Part shown: positions 1 to 8,927 of the stretch, in pieces | Layout: every line of letters begins with the position of its first letter | Position numbering within the stretch: the first letter of the stretch is position 1 | IMG/VR virus record: IMGVR_UViG_3300037851_000222 | Location: 1 to 64,000 of that record | Strand: one strand, 5' to 3' | From: a virus | DNA: 64,000 bases | The notes under the pieces: model-generated | What the model saw: only the letters and a program-made list of their open reading frames with translations | What the model was told of the DNA's origin: nothing | Database searches by the model: none | Program-made: the position numbers and the translations under genes

Positions 1-1005
1 AGGGGGGTTCTGGCGGGCAGCAGGCGCAGGAGTGCCGGGAATCGGGGCCAGCGCGCCGAACGGAAGGGTGGGGGAGGCCACCGGAGGAGGCGGGGCGAGG
101 GGAGCAGCCGGGGGAGGTGGGGGCTGGGCGGCAGCTTGGGTGGACATTTGCGCCACACCCTGGGCGAACGACATCACCGGGGGCATGGCCGGCGCCGTGA
201 CAGACTGCTGGGGAGGCGGGGCCATCATGGGGGGAGGCGCCATCACAGGCGGCGGGGTCATCATGGGCGGCGGGGTCATCACCGGCACCGTGGGCGATTG
301 CTGGAACGGCGGCGGGGTCATCACGGGCGGCGGGGTGGCCGCCGGCTGCTGGCCGTAGATCGGCGGCATGCCCGGCCCGGCCGGGGGCGCCACGGGGGTG
401 GCCGGGGTGGTCACGGTGGCGGGGGCCGGCGAGCCGAGCGGAAGCCCGCTGGCGGGGTCGAGGTTGAACTGTTGGCAGTAGTGCGGCCAGTCGGTCTTGT
501 GTGACTTGGTGAGCCGCATCTTGAGGCCTCGGATGCTCTTGCACTGGACACCGCTGATCCGCTCGTAGCACGCCAGCCGCTCGGGGTCGGTCGGCATTGG
601 CGCGGGCGCAGCCTCGGCGGCCGGCTCGGACGGTTCAGCAGACGGCGGGGGCTGGACGGCCTGCTGCGGGCCAGGGGCATCGCTGATGGGGTTAGGCACC
701 ACCGGGGGCGGCCCAGCCATCTTGGCCCGATGCTCGGCCACGAGGTCGAACTTCGCACCGCGGGCGGCCAAGTCGAGGAGCCACTGAGCGACGACGTTGT
801 CGACGTTCACCGCCTCGCCACCCATGCCGACCTGGATGTAGTAGCGCAGATGCGCCAAGCACGCCTGCACGTCGGCGTCGGCCACCGGGGCGTGCCCGTG
901 GGCGGTGATGCACTGCCGCACCAGTTGGGGGATCTGCGCCGGATTGAAGCTGGCCGGCAGTGGCTTGAATTGCAGTGGGTCGTTCGGGGGGTTCTCAACT
1001 GCCAC
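1..1005 (-). CDS. Proline-rich hypothetical protein, runs off the window start (not in ORF track)
   Basis: GTG at 1005 preceded by AAGGAG; open frame MAVENPPNDPLQFKPLPASFNPAQIPQLVRQC... with a long P/M/A-rich tail (TPPPVMTPPP). The +strand Gly-rich ORFs here are its antisense shadow. Confidence 0.75.
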   Translation of the reverse strand, partial: MAVENPPNDPLQFKPLPASFNPAQIPQLVRQCITAHGHAPVADADVQACLAHLRYYIQVGMGGEAVNVDNVVAQWLLDLAARGAKFDLVAEHRAKMAGPPPVVPNPISDAPGPQQAVQPPPSAEPSEPAAEAAPAPMPTDPERLACYERISGVQCKSIRGLKMRLTKSHKTDWPHYCQQFNLDPASGLPLGSPAPATVTTPATPVAPPAGPGMPPIYGQQPAATPPPVMTPPPFQQSPTVPVMTPPPMMTPPPVMAPPPMMAPPPQQSVTAPAMPPVMSFAQGVAQMSTQAAAQPPPPPAAPLAPPPPVASPTLPFGALAPIPGTPAPAARQNPP

Positions 1006-1222
1006 GGGTTTCTCCTTCGTGGGCGGTGGTGGTTCGATGACGGTGTAGCCACCTTCCAGGCTGAATCCGTGGAAGGCTTGGTCTCGCTGGTTGAAATAGA
1101 TAATCTGCCCATGCTTCGGGTTGCTGACGACCCGGATCGGATCGGGCGTGGCATCACACAGGATCAATGCACCGGCTAGGTTGATCATTCGGCGGGGAGT
1201 ATGGAGTGTGCAAACGCGACTG

Positions 1223-1852
1223 TCAAGCGAGAACTTTATCGACGGCTTCCACAAGGTCAGTCCAACCCTCGCACACCTTGAGGTTGCCGACGCGGGACCA
1301 CAGCGACGGGACCAAGCAGTGGCTTGGTTTCATCCAAACCCAAGTAATGCCGAGGCGCATCATAAAAACATTCTGCCAATGGATCCAATCATCGTCATAC
1401 GGCACTTCGTCTTTCCAATCCTGTCTATACAGAGGGGTGTTGGTATAAACATTGTTGGGCTTGCCGTCACTGCTACCCATGTCCAAGCCGATCAACAGCA
1501 CCCGCTTAATACTCGGGTCGACTACCGGCAGCGACCAGCCCAACGAGGGGCCAGCCTTCCAGTTCTTGCCCGGCACCCAACACACCAACTCCCAGGGCTT
1601 TTCCGGCTTAACCAACCCGACCGGCCTGGTGCCGCCCATGGACACCGGCCCGACCTTCAGGAAGTTCGTTTGGTGGTGGACATTCTCGTGCAGGATCGTC
1701 GCCTGCATGGCGTCATCCACCGCCAAGAGGTACTTCGGCATAAAATCTCTATACAGCGCGTTGCACCCGGCGGTCGTAACCAGCCCCCTGTATTTTTCCA
1801 AGGGGAACCCCAGCCGCGACCGCCCGTTGCCGATAAGGAACGCCGTCTTCAT
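1223..1852 (-). CDS. DUF115/MAF-like (sialyltransferase/GT29-like Rossmann fold) protein
   Basis: AFLIGNGRSR, GCNALYRDF-P-YLLAVD and VLLIGLDM motifs. Confidence 0.6.
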   Translation of the reverse strand: MKTAFLIGNGRSRLGFPLEKYRGLVTTAGCNALYRDFMPKYLLAVDDAMQATILHENVHHQTNFLKVGPVSMGGTRPVGLVKPEKPWELVCWVPGKNWKAGPSLGWSLPVVDPSIKRVLLIGLDMGSSDGKPNNVYTNTPLYRQDWKDEVPYDDDWIHWQNVFMMRLGITWVWMKPSHCLVPSLWSRVGNLKVCEGWTDLVEAVDKVLA

Positions 1853-2433
1853 TGTGCGCGCAGAGCCTTCAGATACTCAACCGGCCAATGGGCCTTGAGG
1901 TCCGACACGAAGTAGCTCCACCAGGGACGAGGCGAGTGCTGGATCTTGATTTCCGGCCCGGCATGTCGGTAGCCCAGCCACACGGGGGGCAGGTGCGGGA
2001 CGATGTCGTTCCGATGCGTGATGCGAATGATGCTGGTGCCCATCAGGCTGGCGAAGGCCCCATTACCGACCCGAGGCGATCCCAAGCAGACCGCCTCGCG
2101 CCGGTAGCGCCAAGCGGCGAGCGTGGCAAGCGCCGCGCCGAGGCTGTGGCCGACGTAGCAGTCCGCGTTGACCACGTCTGGGTGGTTTTGCACCATCATC
2201 CATTGCGTCCAGAATCCCAGATGGACCTTCAGCTTCGACGCCTCGGGAATCTCCTGCATGCAAGTCTTGAAATCGTCCATCCAGTCCTCACAAGAGTTGG
2301 TGGACTGGAAATAGACGAAGTTCCGGCCGGCGGCGTGACCATAGGTGAACTGCACCCGGTCAACCGAGGTGAAGTCCTTATACGGGATTTCCAGGCCGGC
2401 GATGGCCAGGGCAAGGGCGTCGTCGCGGTTCAT
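1849..2433 (-). CDS. Lipase class 3 (alpha/beta hydrolase)
   Basis: VHLGFW, GHSLGAALA nucleophile elbow, GSPRVGN, HRNDIVPHLPP, YRHAG. Confidence 0.9.
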   Translation of the reverse strand: MNRDDALALAIAGLEIPYKDFTSVDRVQFTYGHAAGRNFVYFQSTNSCEDWMDDFKTCMQEIPEASKLKVHLGFWTQWMMVQNHPDVVNADCYVGHSLGAALATLAAWRYRREAVCLGSPRVGNGAFASLMGTSIIRITHRNDIVPHLPPVWLGYRHAGPEIKIQHSPRPWWSYFVSDLKAHWPVEYLKALRAQ

Positions 2434-2450
2434 GGTGCGCTCCTATCGTT

Positions 2451-3371
2451 CTACGATGCCTCTTTCATTTCCGTGTGCAAGGGACGACCTTTGAGGCACC
2501 CTTCACAGAATCCGCACCAGGAATTGAAAATGTTGCATCCGCCGTAATGCGCTGGCAGCATGTCTATTGCGGCCAAGCCGTGGTTGGCGTAGTTGACGAA
2601 GTGCTGCTTGACTTGGGCGCCCAGGAGCGCCGTGTTGCGCTCGGCAGACACCGCGAACGCAGCGGCGTCAGGTGAAATAGGCACGGTCTTCAACTGGTAC
2701 TTGTTGACATCGTTGACCAGATTCTGCGGGTTTTCATTCTTCCGCAGCTTTTGCAGAAATATGTAGCCGACCCCGCCAGGCCACTGCCCGCCCAGCAGAG
2801 ACCGGACGGTGGCCATGGTGTAGGCCGACAACTGCGGGCTGCTGTTCATCATGCCGGTAAGGTTGCCGATATAGGAATCACTGGAAAACTTGTAATCGAG
2901 GATGAACAACAGGCCGGTTGCCCGCTGACGGGCGATCAAGTCGATGGTGCCGCGCCAGTAGATGTTCTCGTGCAGGAGATACTTCGCCGGCTGCTCGACG
3001 GCCGCCACCTCGTACTCTGCCAGGAACCGGGGCCAAAACAGCCTCAAGAACCCTTGCAGATGCAGCGGCAATCGCTCATTGATCCGCGACAGGTCCATCC
3101 CCGGCTCGGCCTCGGCAGCGATCTTCGCCTTCGCAGCCTCCCATGCCTGCTCCCATCGGGTCGCCCCGCGACCAATGACCTCCAGGCCAGAGTGTCCGGC
3201 GCCGCCGAACACCAGGGCCTCGCGGTCCTCGGCCGGGCGTTGACCCAGGATCTTCTCATAACCCCAACGCCGGGGGCAACGCTGGAAGTTCTCCAGTTGT
3301 GAGTGGGAAACGCCAACCTCCTTTTGCAGCATGGCTGCGATGGAGGCGCGAGTGGGAGCGATAAGAGCCAT
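2451..3371 (-). CDS. PD-(D/E)XK nuclease (Cas4/RecB-like exonuclease)
   Basis: SHSQLENFQRCPRRW, GTIDL, ILDYKF, QLSAY and C-terminal Cys cluster; ATG at 3371 with GGAGG upstream. Confidence 0.85.
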   Translation of the reverse strand: MALIAPTRASIAAMLQKEVGVSHSQLENFQRCPRRWGYEKILGQRPAEDREALVFGGAGHSGLEVIGRGATRWEQAWEAAKAKIAAEAEPGMDLSRINERLPLHLQGFLRLFWPRFLAEYEVAAVEQPAKYLLHENIYWRGTIDLIARQRATGLLFILDYKFSSDSYIGNLTGMMNSSPQLSAYTMATVRSLLGGQWPGGVGYIFLQKLRKNENPQNLVNDVNKYQLKTVPISPDAAAFAVSAERNTALLGAQVKQHFVNYANHGLAAIDMLPAHYGGCNIFNSWCGFCEGCLKGRPLHTEMKEAS

Positions 3372-3372
3372 A

Positions 3373-5145
3373 TCAGTTCGATCCTCCGAAGGTCGCGGGG
3401 CGCGGGCTGTGATCACCAGGCAGCTTCAGGCCGTTCTTGATGCGGACGCCGGAATAAACATGAGACCGCTCCCCCGTGGAGGAGCGCGGGCGTATCTTGC
3501 GGATCATCGGGTTGGCAGATCGCAGCTTGATGCCAAACTTGGGCGGACTGCCGGGGTGAACCTCATTCTGTTCAGCCCACAACTTCCACAGCGTGTAAAG
3601 GGCAGTCGTCTCGACTTCGTAGTTTTCACCAAGATCACAGCAGGATTCAAGGAACGAGCCGACGGGGTTGCTCAACTGCGCGAACTCGCGCATGTCGGAC
3701 ATGCCGGCAGACGGCTGCTGGATGCGCCAAGTCTGCCGCAGTTGGTAAAGCCCGTTGAGCGCCCAGTTAAAGATGCCGGCCAACTCGGCTTTCAAGGTGC
3801 TTTCCAAAAAGAAATCCTCACGCCCGAGGAAGGATGTATTGAAGGGGAGGAAAATCAGTCGGGCCATCAAAGCGTTGCTCGCATCAGGTAGGCTGGGCAA
3901 CTCATTCGCCGCTATCACCATCCTCGTCGTCATCCGGGTCCGTAGGGAAGTCTTATGTTTTCGCGGAACAGATCGAGCGTCACCACCGCTGACCATCTTT
4001 ATCGCCTCAACCACCATGCGCGCATCACTATTGGACCCCAAGTGAGCGTCACTGATCAAAGCCACACGCTTACCGATGAAATCCTCCAACCCGAAGGTCT
4101 CGCCCATGAGTGAAAGAGAAGGCGAGCAGGTGTTTTCAGGACCGACGAGGGCCGCGATGATCGCTTGGATTGTCGACTTTCCGCTACGGCTGGCGCCGTA
4201 GCACAACAGCCCTTTGTGGATCCTGTTGTCGGTCGTCAGTAGGTAGCCCATGAACTGCTGCAAGGCCAATACCCGCTCTTGGTCGCCCTCAAACACCTCT
4301 TGGCTGAACTGCAACCATCGGTCGCATCTGGCGCTTGGGTCGAACGCAAACGGCAACTCAATCCGCATGAACAGCCGCGCCGTGTGCGGGAGCAGTTGGT
4401 AAGTCATCGTGTCGTAAATGCCGTTCATCAGCACGCAGAGGTCTTTCGGATCTGGGTCGCCCAACCTGGGGACGCGCCAGACCGAAGCGCAGGCGTCTGA
4501 GGTGTCGTCATACTCCAGCAGCGTGATGCCCTTGAGAGCGTCGAGGGCGCTGGACACACTAGTCGATGTCGGGGAGAACGGGACCACCGCACCCTTCGCG
4601 TCCATGGTCCACGAATCCGACAACCACGGCCACAACATGGCCCGGACGCCACCCTCGGTGGCCCTCTGGTAGCGGCGGCCAGTGAAGAGGTAGAAATCCT
4701 CCTCAAAATACACCAGTGGGCAAACACCGTCGACCTCGGGGAAGGACGTGGCCAGGAACTCCCTGGCGATCTTGTAGTAATCCTTGGGGAGCAGACGTTG
4801 CTGCTTCTGATCCTTCAGGTCGACCGGCCTGCTCTGCACCACCGCCCGGCGGTATTCCTTGGTATCAACCGCGACGTTCAACTTCTTGAAAACGGCGATA
4901 ACCTTGGCTTGCAACTCGCAGGCCAGCGCGGCGTGTGACCGCTGCAAACTGTGCAAACTCGATAAAAAATCCACCTTGAACAAGGTGGATGGGTCGCCCT
5001 GGGCCTCGGCCTTCTTGATCGTCTGTTCCAGACCGTTGGCGAGGTTCGCCCCCTCCATGTACTGGTCGAGATTTGTCTGGCTAAACAACGCCGCAGGCGC
5101 GGCAGGTAGCGGGTTGACGGCTGGAGCGACTTCGCTAGGATTCAC
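3373..5145 (-). CDS. D5/P4-family SF3 helicase (D5_N plus helicase domain)
   Basis: FDPSARCDRWLQF, Walker A GASRSGKST, IKMVSGGD, AANELP; likely GTG start at 5145 after AAGGAG. Confidence 0.9.
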   Translation of the reverse strand: MNPSEVAPAVNPLPAAPAALFSQTNLDQYMEGANLANGLEQTIKKAEAQGDPSTLFKVDFLSSLHSLQRSHAALACELQAKVIAVFKKLNVAVDTKEYRRAVVQSRPVDLKDQKQQRLLPKDYYKIAREFLATSFPEVDGVCPLVYFEEDFYLFTGRRYQRATEGGVRAMLWPWLSDSWTMDAKGAVVPFSPTSTSVSSALDALKGITLLEYDDTSDACASVWRVPRLGDPDPKDLCVLMNGIYDTMTYQLLPHTARLFMRIELPFAFDPSARCDRWLQFSQEVFEGDQERVLALQQFMGYLLTTDNRIHKGLLCYGASRSGKSTIQAIIAALVGPENTCSPSLSLMGETFGLEDFIGKRVALISDAHLGSNSDARMVVEAIKMVSGGDARSVPRKHKTSLRTRMTTRMVIAANELPSLPDASNALMARLIFLPFNTSFLGREDFFLESTLKAELAGIFNWALNGLYQLRQTWRIQQPSAGMSDMREFAQLSNPVGSFLESCCDLGENYEVETTALYTLWKLWAEQNEVHPGSPPKFGIKLRSANPMIRKIRPRSSTGERSHVYSGVRIKNGLKLPGDHSPRPATFGGSN

Positions 5146-5188
5146 ACCCTGCTCCTTCCCATCCCGAGCTAGGGAAGGGGCCGACTCT

Positions 5189-5220
5189 AGACCCCCTGTT
5201 GAACGCAGGGGGTCTTTTTT
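5189..5220 (+). terminator. Intrinsic-terminator-like hairpin
   Basis: AGACCCCCTG-ttgaacg-CAGGGGGTCT followed by T run on + strand, between primase and helicase genes. Confidence 0.6.
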
Positions 5221-5231
5221 CGTTCGGATCA

Positions 5232-6314
5232 CTAACCTACCGGCTCCTTCAACAGGCGCAACAACCAGATCACGTTCGCCTCGGTCATAGTGGGTCCAAA
5301 TTGCCACTCCACTAGGGCTTTGGCCTTGCCGCCGCGCTCGCAACCGAAGCAATACCAAGTGTCCTTGTAGGTGTCCACCGTCAAAGAGCGTTTCGATGAA
5401 CTGAAATGCCGTCTGCAATCGCACAAGATTTCATGGCCGCGGCGTTCAGTGGCCAGCTTCAGGTACTTCGCCACCTGCGCGCACGTCGCCCAGTCGTCCA
5501 GGTGCTCGCTCACCTCGCCAGCGTCGACCTTCGCGGCGTGGCGCACCTTGCGATCAAACCGCACCGCCCGCGCCATCGCCTCAATATATTCCACCTTCAG
5601 CGCCTCGACACCGTGCGCCGCGACCAGGACATCGCTCGGCACCGTGTCCCGGTCTCCGCGCAGCAAGCCAACCCGCTGGATCATCGGGTCGACCAGAGGA
5701 GGCCCAAAGAGCGGTGAGGCGGTGTAATGGGGCTGGACGCAGCGCACCAGGCTGGCGTCGCCGCCGATGCTCCGCAGCCATAGGGTCAGGACCGCATCAC
5801 TGACCGATGTATCCAACAGGTACCAGAGATGCAGGCCCGCCTTCTTCGGGTTCATCCCAGCCGAGGCCGACCACTGCCACACCATCGACACGTCGCGGAG
5901 GCACGGCGGGAGCGCCAGCGCCCGCGCCGCCTCGGCGGCTTGGGCGGGGGCCGTCCGCAGGTCCGGCAGGTCGGCCGGTTGGAGGTGGTCGAGATCGAGG
6001 CAGAACCACCGTCGGGGGGTCGGGAGGAAGGTAGGCCCTTGACCATCCTTCTCCCGCGACCGCCGGAGTGTGTTCGTCCGATCCACGTCCGGTGCCGGCT
6101 CGCCTCTGATCACGCACATATCAGGCTGGGAGGCCAGCCAGTGGACGGCCGCATGCAGATCCCCCATCGTGGGGACCGGCATCTGGCCGACCGCGAACTG
6201 CCAAGCCTTATCATAAGCCCGGCAGATCGGCAGCCCGGAGGCAGGGTCGACCAGCCACCGCTTGGCCAACGACTGGCCCGCAGGGCAGCGAAGAACGGTT
6301 AGGTTCGTTTCCAT
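5232..6314 (-). CDS. AEP-superfamily primase-like protein with C-terminal CHC2-type zinc finger
   Basis: WFCLDLD (DxD), SASAG...GLHLWY motif, C-terminal CDCRRH...WYCFGCERGG; directly upstream of the helicase. Confidence 0.75.
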   Translation of the reverse strand: METNLTVLRCPAGQSLAKRWLVDPASGLPICRAYDKAWQFAVGQMPVPTMGDLHAAVHWLASQPDMCVIRGEPAPDVDRTNTLRRSREKDGQGPTFLPTPRRWFCLDLDHLQPADLPDLRTAPAQAAEAARALALPPCLRDVSMVWQWSASAGMNPKKAGLHLWYLLDTSVSDAVLTLWLRSIGGDASLVRCVQPHYTASPLFGPPLVDPMIQRVGLLRGDRDTVPSDVLVAAHGVEALKVEYIEAMARAVRFDRKVRHAAKVDAGEVSEHLDDWATCAQVAKYLKLATERRGHEILCDCRRHFSSSKRSLTVDTYKDTWYCFGCERGGKAKALVEWQFGPTMTEANVIWLLRLLKEPVG

Positions 6315-6325
6315 ATTGTGAAGAG

Positions 6326-6354
6326 TGTATAACAACCCCAAACCAATCTGTCAA
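6326..6354 (-). promoter_or_regulatory. Sigma70-like promoter for the replication operon
   Basis: TTGACA-17nt-TATACA just upstream of the primase ATG. Confidence 0.6.
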
Positions 6355-6399
6355 TAACCAGTTTTCGACAGAGTGGGTTCGTAAGGACGATACGGTTTT

Positions 6400-6790
6400 T
6401 CTGGTCACAGCAGAATCAAAAAACGAAAACGAAATCAAACCCCATGCGCCGCTTCAACTTACAACGAAAAACCCTCACGATTGGTCATAGCTGGCACGGA
6501 AAAAAACTTTTTTTTTCCCCTAGAAAAAAAGTTGGCTTATAGTATGGGGGGTAGTAGACCGCTTTTCGTTTCCTACACACTATAAGTAGCTTCCAGCTAT
6601 GACCAGCTATGACCACGGTGTAAATCTGTTTGCAGCAGCAACATCGGTGGCCATCTGCTGTGACCGTGCTGTGACCACGCTATGACCACGCTATGACCAG
6701 TTTTCAATCGTGAGCCTTTCTGGCTCTTTGTATAGTCCATACGGACGATACTTGTATAGTCCATACGGGTATCGTCCAAACGGACGATTT
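6400..6790. repeat. Iteron-like repeats with AT-rich tract; putative replication origin
   Basis: GCTRTGACC at 6596, 6606, 6657, 6668, 6679, 6690; inverted copies at 6403 and 6483; A/T tracts ~6499-6533; 17-nt direct repeat TTGTATAGTCCATACGG at 6728 and 6752. Confidence 0.7.
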
Positions 6791-7074
6791 TCCGATTGTT
6801 AAGATTATTATCGGACGCTGGACTCGACTTGTTTGACACACTAGAACCCATTAGTTTTTCCGGCAAGCCTCGCACGGCAGCAGTAGACACATCGCGGCGG
6901 CTGCATGGTTTTGGCGATTCCAATAACGGTGTTGACAACCCAAACCACACCATAATATACGAGCCTCCGCACCACTTGGGCGGTGGGGTCGGCACGGGTT
7001 AGCCGGCCTCCACAACCAGCCTCGGGCGTGTCGCCCGGGGGCCGCCCAAGTGGGGCATTTCCGAAAGGGACAAC

Positions 7075-7368
7075 ATGCTGAAGCCTGGACGAATCCTGAA
7101 GGGGCCGAACAAGGCCACCTACACTCTCGGCGTCCGCGGCCGGCCGCCTGCCTGGGCGCGCTTGATGATCGCGGAGGCCGGCGGCGTTGCCGGTCGGCGC
7201 GAGCGCCCCAAGACCCGGCGCACGCTGACGGCCAAGGAGTACACCACCGCCCTGGTCAAGATCACCAGGGAGATCACGGCCAAGCCCTGCATGAAGGCGC
7301 GGAAGGCCAAGGCCCCCGCCTCCACTCCCACTTGCTTCATCGCCCCACCCCTGCCTGGAAAGGCATGA
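7075..7368 (+). CDS. Basic hypothetical protein
   Basis: ATG after AAAGGGA; first gene of the rightward operon; stop overlaps next ATG. Confidence 0.6.
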   Translation: MLKPGRILKGPNKATYTLGVRGRPPAWARLMIAEAGGVAGRRERPKTRRTLTAKEYTTALVKITREITAKPCMKARKAKAPASTPTCFIAPPLPGKA

Positions 7369-7829
7369 CTATGCACCTCTCATCTATCCTCTTCACTATC
7401 ACCCTCGGTCTGGCCCTTGCTGGCTGCGGCTCCAGTGCCGCGTCCAGCGTGGGCACCATCGACACCACCCCTCCGGCTGATCTGGTGGTGAACTTCATCG
7501 ACTGTGTCCCGTCCGACCGTGACGCAGCGGTGGGCGAGACCATCACCTGCTACTGGTCAGTCTCCAACCTCGCCGGGCACAAGTCCTCGGTCGCCGTCTC
7601 CGGCGAGTGGCAGGTGCAGGATCCGGTGTCGCTGGACTGGTTCACCCTCACCACGATCGATGTGCCGGTTGTGGTCGGCGGGGCGTCGACCACGGTCTAC
7701 ACGACGACGACCATGAGCATCGCCGGAACTTTCAAGTTCCGGTTGTATGTCCCGCAGGATTTGGACCCGCGGACCTCGGACAACAGCATGGCGATCAACC
7801 TGACTTGGACCGCTGGCGGCAACGGTTGA
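7365..7829 (+). CDS. Lipoprotein with CARDB-like Ig domain
   Basis: Hydrophobic signal with LAGC lipobox; PADLVV...VGETITCYWSVSN...GTFKFRLYV...DNS pattern. Confidence 0.7.
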   Translation: MTMHLSSILFTITLGLALAGCGSSAASSVGTIDTTPPADLVVNFIDCVPSDRDAAVGETITCYWSVSNLAGHKSSVAVSGEWQVQDPVSLDWFTLTTIDVPVVVGGASTTVYTTTTMSIAGTFKFRLYVPQDLDPRTSDNSMAINLTWTAGGNG

Positions 7830-7833
7830 TGCC

Positions 7834-8052
7834 ATGAAACTCAAATCCAAGTGGAAATACCTCGCCTGCGACCGCGAGGGGTTCTATCTATGCACTGTTA
7901 AGCCGGCGTGGCATGCCCATGATCGGGAGTGGTTCACCAATAAGCAGTTCACTCCGGTACCGGAAAATGTGTTCCGGCTGCCTCGCCGGAAGTATGCCGT
8001 CTGGCTGCTCAAGGACATGACGGTGGTCGACCGTGCGCCCCGAGGACGTTGA
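7834..8052 (+). CDS. Hypothetical protein
   Basis: Compact ORF in operon, KYLACDREG..Y....KP motif typical of small phage proteins. Confidence 0.55.
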   Translation: MKLKSKWKYLACDREGFYLCTVKPAWHAHDREWFTNKQFTPVPENVFRLPRRKYAVWLLKDMTVVDRAPRGR

Positions 8053-8109
8053 CCCTTGGTGGATTGTCGCTGTGATCCTCTTTCTGGCCATCCTGGCCGA
8101 GGTGGTGCC

Positions 8110-8529
8110 GTGAGCAAACCCCGTATGAACATCGACGCCTTGAAGCTCTACGGCCGAGTACATCATTCCATAAGTGGTGGTTGTTTGTGGATTGACAACT
8201 GCGAAGTCAATGATGCTGCGATTGCCGAGCAGTTCCGTTGGCGGCGTCAGCCGATCTGGACAGAGTGGGGGGTTCCGCAGGATGGGGAAAAAAGTTTTAC
8301 GATGAATGATCTGTTAAGGTCATTCACTGATGGACAGGAGTTCTTCATTCTTTGTGGGGTTTGCACCAATGATAGGTGTGTTCTTCGCATTGGCGAATGC
8401 GACTATGCCAAGTTCTACGAACCTGGCTGGCATGAGGTCGGTCCTATTGTCATTCATCACGGGTCTTGGATCTATGGGGAGGGTCAGTTGCTTCAGTTCA
8501 TCGGCTGGCGCCTTCGGGTGTTCCCGTGA
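8110..8529 (+). CDS. Hypothetical protein
   Basis: GTG after GAGGTGG; stop overlaps HNH start (GTGA). Confidence 0.55.
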   Translation: MSKPRMNIDALKLYGRVHHSISGGCLWIDNCEVNDAAIAEQFRWRRQPIWTEWGVPQDGEKSFTMNDLLRSFTDGQEFFILCGVCTNDRCVLRIGECDYAKFYEPGWHEVGPIVIHHGSWIYGEGQLLQFIGWRLRVFP

Positions 8530-8927
8530 CCGAGCAATGGCGCCCCGTGGTCGGGCATGAAGGTCTCTACGAGGTGTCCGACCAGGGGCGCGTCCGCACG
8601 GTGGCGCGGTGGCACCGGACTGGGGCGACCCCTCGGCTGCTTCCGGTGAAGACCCTGGCGCAGGCCATCGGCGGCCGGGCCGAGAACTACAAGCGGGTGA
8701 TGCTGCGCGCCCCGACGCGGCACGCCTACGTCCACCACCTCGTGCTGGAGGCGTTCGTCGGCCCGCGCCCGCCTGACATGCAGGTTTGCCATATAAACGA
8801 CGACGGGTTTGACAACCGGCTCGCCAATCTGTATTACGGCAGCCGCGACGACAACGAGATTGACCGATGGATGGCGAAGCGAGTTGGCACCCCGGAGCAT
8901 GCGGAGTTGGAAGATGCACCCTTTTGA
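8526..8927 (+). CDS. NUMOD4-HNH endonuclease
   Basis: EQWRPVVGHEGLYEVSDQGRVR; VHHLVLEAFVGPRP; CHINDDGFDNRLANL. Confidence 0.9.
   Translation: MTEQWRPVVGHEGLYEVSDQGRVRTVARWHRTGATPRLLPVKTLAQAIGGRAENYKRVMLRAPTRHAYVHHLVLEAFVGPRPPDMQVCHINDDGFDNRLANLYYGSRDDNEIDRWMAKRVGTPEHAELEDAPF

Noticed and set aside
1442-1451. Additional GTATAAAC operator site
   Set aside because: Lies mid-CDS (codons for VYT) with no promoter context; likely chance
2451-3371. CRISPR-associated Cas4
   Set aside because: Solo PD-(D/E)XK nuclease in a replication operon with no cas1/cas2 or array
5146-5424. N-terminal extension of the 683-aa helicase ORF
   Set aside because: Overlaps the primase gene and a hairpin; a GTG with AAGGAG SD at 5145 is the more plausible start
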